Of a stretch of 64,000 bases of DNA, positions 53,871 through 64,000 are shown piece after piece. Each line of letters starts with the position of its first letter. Within the stretch, counting starts at the first letter, position 1. The stretch is taken from positions 2,852,001-2,916,000 of the forward strand of contig NC_043008.1 of NCBI RefSeq assembly GCF_006345805.1, given 5' to 3'. The position numbers and the translations under genes were made by a program. The notes below the pieces were generated by a model. The model did no database searches. It was not told where the DNA came from and worked only from the letters and a program-made list of their open reading frames with translations. The DNA comes from Octopus sinensis (taxonomy: Eukaryota).

Positions 53871-54007
53871 CGGGACCAAGTGGTTTGGAGGCAACCTTCT
53901 TACAACACAGTCACACACCAACAGTGACTCTTTTGAGCAAAGTTATCGATGTCTAACAAGGAATTCTTTCCTTTAGGATAATACATCTCATGTATTATGA
54001 ACTCATT

Positions 54008-54046
<39 letters not shown>

Positions 54047-54220
54047 AGTAAAATATGTAAGATTAAAAGGAGAAAAACAATGTAAGTGTTAATTTGTTTC
54101 CCCAATTTAATTGTTTCTTCTTATTTTCCGCTGACTTGAAAAAGTGTAACGGGCGGGAACCGTAACTAAGACGTACTTCATGGTAAAATCATTTTAGTAT
54201 TTCCTAACTTGTCTATTTTC

Positions 54221-54256
<36 letters not shown>

Positions 54257-54943
54257 CGAATAATTCACCTTATAAAAATGTTGAGTTAAACTTATGGATA
54301 TTTAAATTCGAGACATGTATATTGCAAGAGTATATGATATAAATTTCTTTTTTTCACTGACTGTTCTGACAGATATATTGAAATAAGTTTAGGTAATATA
54401 AATAATTGATCATTCCTATTTAACTGCAGCCCAACTGTGGTTCCAATATATGTAAATTAAGTCAGTTGCAACTGAAGGATATAAAGAATATAACCTGGTG
54501 CCATCTTCATGTCAACAATGCAAGCTTAGTAAGAGGAACCGTAAAATAAATGCATAGGTGTATAATTAATGCCCTATGAATGTACATTAATGTCATACCT
54601 GGAAAATGCCTTTCGCCATTTTCAAAGGGCGCGGTTTTCTAGTAGTCATAACCATAGAAAATTCTGTAAACTATATTCCCTCAAATCTATTAATAACAAA
54701 GTAGGGTATCGTAAATGAAATATTCAAAAATTTTAGGGAACAATGAATAACTCAAATCATCAGCATGTAAATATTACGATCAGGTGTGGCGCCATGGGCA
54801 AATGTCTTCTGCTATACCCTCGGGTCCATCAAATACTTGTAAATGGATTTGGTAGACGGAAACTGAAATAAAAGCGTAGCGTACATATGTGTGTGTATGT
54901 ACAAATATATATATACATATATGTATATGGAGGTGTATATGTG

Positions 54944-54974
<31 letters not shown>

Positions 54975-55337
54975 ACATGTGTGTGTATGTTTGTGTGTGG
55001 GTGTGTCTGAGACAGAGATAATAAGTAGCAGGCTTAAAAAGTAAAACAAAAAATATTCGAGTGGATTCATTCTTGAAAGCGGTGCTCGAGCATGGCCGCA
55101 TTTTGGTGATTGAAACAAGTAAACGAATAAAAAAAATATTTAATATACAACATTGTTAACAACTATGTCCTGTTGTGTGTAATTTTCTAGAACTATTTGG
55201 TACGATCGCATCTACTTTTGTTGCTAAGTTGAAAGAAAAATGCAGAACGGGGAATAGAGAATACTATGTCGCTTTCATAGGAAACTGTTAGATCATCGCA
55301 AAGAAGATTTTTAAAAATAATATATAATATATAACAA

Positions 55338-55952
55338 CAGAAACGATTTCCATTCTGCAAAGTCTGTGATACCCATTCGAATGATCCATTCAATAATTAA
55401 CATGCACTGCTCTAATGAATTTAATACATTTTCGTATTTTCTTTCGCTCTGGCGTCATATCCTACCTATGTTGCGCAGTTGAAGAAAGTCTGGGACGATA
55501 AATTTTGGTATTTCTTTCAACATTACGAGCATACACATATTGCATATATGAAACAAATACTTGACCAGCACGATCAAACTCTCTACAAAAACCAGGGACC
55601 ATAAGCCATATCGATATAAAACAGAGTTTGTGTATGTGTGCGTATGTGTGTGTGTGAGTCTGTCTGTGTGTATGCGCGCACGAGTTTATGCTCCTTTTGC
55701 ATTCACAAGCTTTGTTGCAAATGATTTTTGAAAAATAAAGCATTAAGCCTTTATGTATGTATGTATATATATATATATATATATATACATAAATACGACG
55801 GGCTTCTTTCATTTACCGTCTACCAAATCCACTCACAATGGTTTGGTCGGCCCTAGGCTATAGTAGAAGACACTTGCCCATAGTTCCACTCAGTGGGACT
55901 GAACCCAGAAGCATGTGGTTCGTAAGCAAGATACTTATCACACACCCACTCC

Positions 55953-55995
<43 letters not shown>

Positions 55996-56428
55996 CTGGA
56001 AAATCGCGAAAGCAAAAACTATATCTACTGATGAGGATTGCGATACTGATGCTTCAGGTTATGAAACATTGATACACACGATGCGCATGCGTTGTGAATT
56101 TATGCAGTTAAGTGTTTAGCGTATTCGACTCGTGATTATTGTTCCCGTAATTTATTTTATCGATCCCGTAAAGATCAAATGAGAGAAGAAAGAATAGTTA
56201 AATGGTGGAAGTTGTTTTCTGTTAGTCTCAAACAATAGAAACAATTCCCATTCTGCAAAGTCTGTGATCCCCATTCGAATGAATCATTCAATACGTAAAA
56301 TGCACTGATCTAATGAATTTAATACATTTTTGGATTTTCTTCCACTCTGGCGTCAAATCCTACCAATGTTTCGCAGTCGAAGAAAGTCTGTGACGATAAA
56401 TTTTGGTATTTCTTTCAACATTACAAGC
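55338..56428. repeat. Local direct duplication of about 190 bp of otherwise unique sequence (55338-55530 and 56238-56428)
   Basis: Colinear with scattered substitutions; for example CATTCTGCAAAGTCTGTGAT and GACGATAAATTTTGGTATTTCTTTCAACATTAC are in both copies. Confidence 0.9.
55795..55955 (-). mobile_element. SINE with tRNA-like head, GGGCAAGTGTCTTCTACTATAGCC core and GGTAGACGG tail
   Basis: Minus strand shows B-box-like GGTTCAGTCCC and the family core and tail; partial copies lie at 54782-54880 (+) and 60345-60485 (+). Confidence 0.8.
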
Positions 56429-56469
56429 TTTGTCGTACTGGATCTCCCTGAAGACTATGTTAAGGGACA

Positions 56470-56570
56470 GGAATATTTGTAGACTACTCTGCTATTTCTT
56501 TCCACGAGTAGGCTGTTCCGTCGATCCGATCAACTGGTAAAAATCACCGTCGTAAGCGACCGAGTTCCTG
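56470..56570 (+). mobile_element. 3' fragment of the 62050-62412 SINE family
   Basis: CACGAGTAGGCTGTTCCGT..TCAACTGG matches the reverse complement of 62080-62120. Confidence 0.65.
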
Positions 56571-58840
56571 TTTCTGTCTGTGTGTTACAATTCTAAATGT
56601 TTTCATAAATGTGTTTATAAAATAAAAAATTAAACTATATTTCTATTTTCCAACCGGACATCTTGTTTGTATTTTCACCCATTTTCTGCATATCTCATTC
56701 AGCATATCCACCGGAGCAACACAATTTACACCCATAAAAAGAGAATGAATGACAAACAAAATTCTAAAGAAATTGAGAATCTATTCAGTTCTTTGCACGA
56801 TTGAACATACTTGAAAAAACTGCACGACAGAACTTGTCAAAGGGTCGTGTTATTTTTCTCCGGACTTTCTTTTATATGTACACAAGTGAATTAATCAAGT
56901 TATAAAATTCCGAAGTGGAAGGGAAAGGATGGTTTGTACCAATTAAATTCTATTTTGTGCTGTAAATATATGGAAGACTCACAATTTCTTTTCACACAAC
57001 TGATTTATCAAAAGTGAAAACAGAATGAATCACACAGTGACACCGTTTGTCTTATGAGCAAAAACAGATGGACAGAAATATCGCCCTGTTCTTTTTCAAT
57101 ATTTTCAGTAACCCCGATGACCTCTTATACATGAAGAGTCAGAATCTGTAAAGCATCGTTTCTTATAAAACAAACACAAAAAAAAGAACAAAAAATGATT
57201 TTTCTCTTTTTCTAAACGAAAAACTTTCATATCCTAATAAAATGAAAAGCTTAAGAAAACATCCGTTTTATTTATATTTTTAAAAATTCTTTTACGTAAA
57301 TTTCTTATATGTTTATTTTGAAATAATATAACTTGATTGAAGTGTATTTCAGAATTTCTGCCTAAGATTTTGACATCATTAACTATGTACACAGAGACTA
57401 ATTTCTTACAGTCAGAAGTTGATATCTAATGTTAATCTTGTTTGCTGAGAAGCCAGCTGTGTTTAAATAAAATATTAGAGGAAATAGCATAATTAAGAAA
57501 AGTAAGAAACGGTTAAACAACATACTTTATTTTACTCAATAGGTCAATTCAAAGATAAAATATAAAAATCAACGTTGATAAATGATGAAAAGTAATATAA
57601 CAAAACATTAAGGAAAAAACAGAAATGTTTCAGCATGAAGCATTTATCAAGAAATGTATGAGGAAATTTAATGAAAATGTGTATTTTACAAGAGAAATAA
57701 TTAGCCAAGTAAATGGTTCAGATATATTTATTTTAGACAGAGTTGACATTCTTGATTGCCACATTACGCTCCAAGTCCGATGTCTATGCGATTACGTGAA
57801 CGTGTATACATACATTTACACGACCAAGCACAAACAAATCCACCGGCACAGACACACAGCAATTTATATATTAATAGAACTCCGTTTCCACATACACAGA
57901 GATGCAGTTACACAAAATGTACACACATACACTCACACACATAAACACACTTTCACATAATAAATGCATAATAAAGACACAACGCATATAGAACTCCAAT
58001 CCACATATTTACCAACGAACTCACACCAATTCATATATTCATGTAATCACATGTGATGTCAAACACACGTCACTAACGCATAAGCTAAATTCTATAGGAT
58101 CTTATACAGTAGCACAGACATGCGCACTCATAAATCAATTTATATATCCACATAAACACAGATATTCACAGATTACAGTATCTCCATATACACAGACACA
58201 CGTGTTAATGTTAATACTTCAACACAATTACATATCTGCGCATTCTCGCATTTACATTCACGATCGTTTTCTTTTTCTTTTCTGGATGTACACATGTTCA
58301 TGATATTTAATTATAATTGTATTGCTTTCAACTACCGACGTTTAAAAGCTAAGATCTTAGCATGCCAGTAGAATGGCAACCTAAAAGCTGCTTTGCTAAA
58401 TTATCGTTGCAAGTTCAATACTGCTTTTGTGGCTTAATAAAATAAAACAAAAATAACACAATAAACCACCAAACTCACGGCATCACGTTCCTGCGACGAA
58501 CGATTGAAATTTGCTTTGAAACAAGAACGCTATTTAAAGAGAAATTCTTAACTGAATAGTAATGTTTGATCAGCTGCTTTCCTTCTTCAGAAAGGCGTAA
58601 TCAAAAGGCGCTGAGCAAAGAAATATGTCATAGCATTGTATCGTTATTGTGTGCTGGACACATAAAGATATTTAAGATATTTAACGCCAAAATAAACGTT
58701 GTATATGCACCTGTATACATCACTGTTTAATACTCAGCATTTTTATCTCTCTGTTAAGTGGAAAGCATGGTGAAATAACCAATTTTTAAGTAGGATTGTT
58801 TTGACCAATTAGAAGACTACTGGGCAGTTAATGACCGCAA

Positions 58841-58888
<48 letters not shown>

Positions 58889-60531
58889 TATGTAACACTA
58901 ATGTACATTTATTCATTTATACTTCAGCGTTTTACATTTTATAATAATTACTGTTTCATTTATTATTAAAATAAATTTTTGTTTTAACCCATTACTCATA
59001 CAAACTCCCACACAGTAATTGTGATGTAATTGTAAAAATATAGCAGCAAAAATTTAAATATCAACAACCCCACCTATTTTCATAGTGTTAAGTAAAATAT
59101 ACGTTCATTTACTTTTCGTAATATCGTTTTTTGTCACAAACATTTCTTTGAAAATAATGTTGAAAGTAAAACTAAACAAATAAACAAGCCATACATTGTC
59201 TAGACTAATTGAGTTGTGATTGATTGACTTTTTGCGACATGTTGAGGTGTGACTTTTATTGTAGACCAGAAGTGTACACAGAACTCATTATGTATTTCCA
59301 TACATCCTTCTATATTATCGCTAACAATTTTTATCCTTTTATTTCCATGTTTTATTTTTCATGAGATGCAAAAAATATTCGCTCACATTTCTCTATTGTT
59401 TCCAATGATAATTAAAAACAGAATTAAATGTGTATTCGACAGTAAAAAAGAACAGAACGAAATATAATGTAACTAATCATCAGAAGACATTTTCTCCTTT
59501 ACTTTTTCGAATGTTTTATTCACCAACTAAAGTGCAATTAACAGTGTTAGTATGTTTAAATTTGAATTGAGAGAATATTTGGAGCGTTCAGCAAAATGTC
59601 TTCAGGTATTTTGTCTTTCGTCTTTTTGTATTCGAGACAAGGACACCTACAGTGATATAATGCGTTCACTCTAATCGACTGTACCCTCTTTAACAACGAC
59701 ATAGCTCAAACTAAAGAAAATTATTATGTAAAATGAGCGAAAATATTTCAGTTCATTTATACAACCCGTTTTAGGACGCGGCTAATGTAATTGTCTTAAT
59801 GATGTAATTTCATCAAGAAACAGAGTTAAATAGATTAACTCCCATATTAAAGTTAATTAATTAAATTTAATTAGAATACAGTGGCGATACTTTGCGTAAG
59901 AGGACGAATAAGGGCAAAACATCTCCAGAATTGTCAAGTTATTACCTTAGTTACAGTTTCTTGTTGGTATTTATGTTGTAATAAATTTTAATTAATTTTA
60001 GTTCTGAGGTAGTCCACATTGCCTTTTTCATACAGATTTGCTAAATAAATTATGGCTGTAAGTATAGATAGTTAAATTTCAGTCCACTATATTATAAAAG
60101 TTACTTTCTACCTTGCTATTATATCCGTAATGAATCCATTATTGCATTTTTCAAAAGATGCCGATCACATGAAACATTTTCTTCCCAGGCTTGACACCTT
60201 AAGATTTTTTTAATATGGAAAAGGACTCTAGTGCAACAAAATTCCATTTTAATTTGTCATCACTTATAATTTGTTCAAGATGCAGCATTCTTAGAGCCTC
60301 TTAGAGTGCATGCATTTGTTCTGACTATTCACATCCTGAATCCTCATCTCCGACTGTTTGGTTAACAAGTTCGCTTTGCAACCACCTTACTTCGACTTGC
60401 GTTCCACTTTGCAGAGCATTTTATTACAGCCCCGGGCACATTGTTGTGCCCGGGGTAAATTTTGTAAAGGGGTGAAAACTCGTCGTGGATATTCTTAAAC
60501 AATCAAATATGTTTAATAAGTTAAAGATATG

Positions 60532-60587
<56 letters not shown>

Positions 60588-61909
60588 ATATCTGTGTTGC
60601 GCGCGCGCGCGTGTGTGCTTCTCTATCTCTCTTTCTCTCTTACTCTCTCTGTCCTCTCTTACTCTCTTTATCTCTATTTGTATATATTTGTCTCACTTTC
60701 ATGATCACGCTTTGGTTCTCCCACACATATCAACATACATTCTTTCGTTGAAACGCAGACTCAAATTTCGTGTTTCAAGTTCAAATTGCGGTTCATATTT
60801 CGTTTAATATTTTATACCGCAATGCACTTGTGTATGAATACACGTATGTCTGCTGACATCTTTACATATGTGAAAGAACGCAGTCAAATTACCCTCACTT
60901 TCATTTGTAAGTAATTTCCTGTTTTCCTTGAACGGTTCGACCATTCATGTATTATTTTCCTTTCTCCCTCTCACACTCTCCACTCTCACTCTCTCCCTCT
61001 CCACTCTCACTCTCTCACTCTCCACTCTCACTTTCTCTCTTACTTTCTCTCTAAGTGTGTTTCTGTCTATGAACGTAAAATATTTAGCAGAACATCTGAT
61101 TAATGTAGAGCTGCTCTTTATTATGCTGAAACATGCGTCATATCAACTAATTTAATTAATTTTTGAGAGAAGTCAAAGTTTGTGGATGCGAGTAAAAATT
61201 AGGATTACGAAAAAAATAATCGGTTGTTTTCCATTTGAATTTGCTATAAATTATGTTTCGATCATTAATGCCACAGAAAACAGATTGCTTTCTACATGAA
61301 TAAATTTTCATCATGTTTAAGATATAAAATTGATTCTATAATATCTGCAGAATTTCCTGAACCTTGCAGTGAAACACACCACTTCAGCATTGTTAAAAAA
61401 CTAAATGGTTCATAGTTCATATATTGATATGCACAGGAATTCACCTTGCATGGAAGACATCAAAAACAGCAAATGATTCATAAGGCGTTTTTTCAAGGCA
61501 GCTAAACAAATGAATTAGGTTGACCTACTTATAGATCCAGAGTAACAAAGGACATGGTCGTCAACACTTTGATTGCATATTATGCAATTGACAATAAAAG
61601 CGTGAAACGTGCCTGGAAAGTAAAGCAGTCGGGATGAAAATATTTGTTTCCCGCATGGACATCGAATGCGCTGTAAGGAAGCTTTCTAGGGCATTTCAGT
61701 GTTTCTCGTTCATTAATTAGCCCCAAAATTTAACAAATGATAATCCATCTGAGAAATAGTAAATACGTTTACTTTCTCTGTGCAGTTTATGCACTGTATA
61801 TATGAGTTCTATGAAACACAATAAGTAAAGCATTTCTCAGGGCTTACGAGTGTGATCATTTTTCAAAAGTAGCTGTTGGCTTATTAAACCGTAAAACGTA
61901 TTTGTAAAT

Positions 61910-62048
<139 letters not shown>

Positions 62049-62049
62049 T

Positions 62050-62412
62050 TCGTGGCATTCCATCGGTTGCGTCGACGGCTCCCAGTTGAACCGATGAACG
62101 GAACAGCCTGCTCGTGAAAATTAACGTGCAAGTGGCTAAGTACTCCACAGGCACGTGTACCCTTAACGTAGTTATCGGGGTGATTCGGCGTCATGCAGAA
62201 TGAGACAAGGCTGGCCCGTTGAAATGCAGGTACAACAGAAACTGGATGAAAAAGTGAGAGAAAGTTGTGGTGAAAGAGTACACCAGGTTTCGCCCCCGAC
62301 GGAGCCTCTTGGAGCTGTAGGTGTTTTTGCTCAAAAAATCTCACAACACCCGGCCAGGAAATCGAAACCGCGATCCTACGATTGCGAGTCCGCTGCTCTA
62401 ACCACTGGCCCA
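62050..62412 (-). mobile_element. Full-length tRNA-derived SINE
   Basis: Minus strand has A box GGCCAGTGGTTAG, B box GGTTTCGATTTCC and a TTGAGCAAAAACAC core, and ends in (TATC)n. Confidence 0.88.
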
Positions 62413-63627
62413 ATCATATATATGTGTGTGGGTGTATATACTTATGCATGTGCACAGTAACATTTTCCGATTCATTTCTAAATGCAAATCTGAAAGAGAA
62501 AGTCAATTTCCCATAAGCTCGCACAAATTTGTTTTGACACAAAATCTATAGGTTTCTAATTTTTACATAATTATTAGAATTATTTCGCTTCTCCATGTTT
62601 CATTTTCGTTTCTCTCCATTAAAATTACAAGAGGTACACTTGTTTAAATCTTTACTACTGTAATTACCAACAAGTGGCAATGCATTTACAATACAAAATG
62701 TCTAGACATAGTTCTTAGCTTTTTTATTAGTAATTTCCTCACTGTATAAAATTCTCACAAAAATCTCCCATTTTCCCAGTGAAATATAACAATTCAAAAA
62801 TCTTTATGTCCAAGATCTTTCACAAAGATATTTATAACATAATAAAAGAACCTATTTTATTATCGATAATTTCACCAGTAACTAACCATTAATGGGAATT
62901 TTACTCAAGAAAATTGCCAATTGATTCTGTCTCATTTAACAGTCATGTGTAAACGAAACAAAAGTGTATTTGAACATGATTCTATAGTTTATGCCTACTT
63001 AAGGAAATATTTTATTCGTTTCGCTACAAATCGAGTGATTCAAGAACTGGTTTTACTCTTATTGACTGCTTATCTTTTTCTGTATGACGTATCTTAATTA
63101 TTTTAATATATTTGCATAGAATTACATTTTAGCAATGCAAATCTATGCAAGAAATCAACAGATGGTAATGATATCATAATTTGTGATTCAATTAACCCAG
63201 TAGTATCAAATGAAACGTTATATTTACATGTAAATATGCATTTCGTCGCAGTATCATAGGAGAAAACTGAACTACAACTACGGGCACTTATTGCAAATCT
63301 GTAGACGAAGAGTAGTCTGTCGTTCGGTCGGCAGGGGGCGACTATCTCGGAGCGATTACAATAACATTCATTTCCAAAGATTTGGTCTGTCAATATTTCA
63401 TAGAAAATGATAAAATATGAAGAAACATGTCCTAGACACACAAATTATTTCCTTCATTGATGCCTTTAGTTCATGTTGTGGCTCAAAACCTAATAAAATA
63501 TATCGGTCATGTAGTAAGGAACAGACAGAGAACCACTCTTTATCTCAATAAACAAGGACCAATGACACCGACAATATGACAGTAGCGAAGAGCGAAGATG
63601 GGTATATATACTTGTGTTTGTAAGTAC

Positions 63628-63681
<54 letters not shown>

Positions 63682-64000
63682 TAAATCCAGTTGGGTGTGA
63701 AGCGAATTTGTCAGCCTCGCGATTTTCACGAAATTAAATTCCTCTGGAACATTTCATACATTACAGTAATACGTCAGCATCTATGGAAAAACATTTTCAC
63801 AAATTTCATCCATAAAAGATTGATCATCTTAGGGTTAGAGTAGAAAAAAAATTGGACAAAGTGGCAGATCATTAGATTGGTTATAAAACCAGGTGCTTGC
63901 GTAAGAGAACCCTGGATAGATTTTACGGGTTTTGTAGATATGTTATGAGTTATTTTGATAGTTGGTCTTTTCTTACAATTCTAATGAAGTTGCACGTGGC

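Noticed and set aside
56028-56075. CTGATGA...GAAAC hammerhead candidate
   Set aside because: There is no convincing helix II, no paired or palindromic helix III with an NUH site, and no helix I.

Overview
AT-rich, microsatellite-dense eukaryotic non-coding DNA with (TA)n, (AAT)n, (CA)n, (ATAG)n and (ATAC)n tracts. The SINE families and simple-repeat content look like a coleoid cephalopod (Octopus) genome; this is an inference from my recall of these repeats, not a database result. I find no credible host protein-coding gene, and almost every ORF in the track is a microsatellite translation. The real coding signal is transposon-derived. There are four R4/Dong-clade (restriction-like endonuclease, RLE) non-LTR retrotransposon copies at 17-27.6 kb, three of them inside (AAT)n tracts, plus an RTE/BovB-type LINE 3' fragment and a Tc1/mariner C-terminal remnant. 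Many tRNA-derived SINEs are also present. The most notable signal is a set of short non-coding elements of at least four unrelated sequence families carrying type I hammerhead-ribozyme motifs (CUGANGA...GAAAC, palindromic helix III). Some have Penelope-like inverted or permuted ends and most sit next to (TA)n. One family combines a tRNA-derived Pol III head, an internal (AAT)n tract and a hammerhead tail, and one copy has a young Dong-type LINE inserted in that tract. All structures were read by eye and no ribozyme activity is shown.
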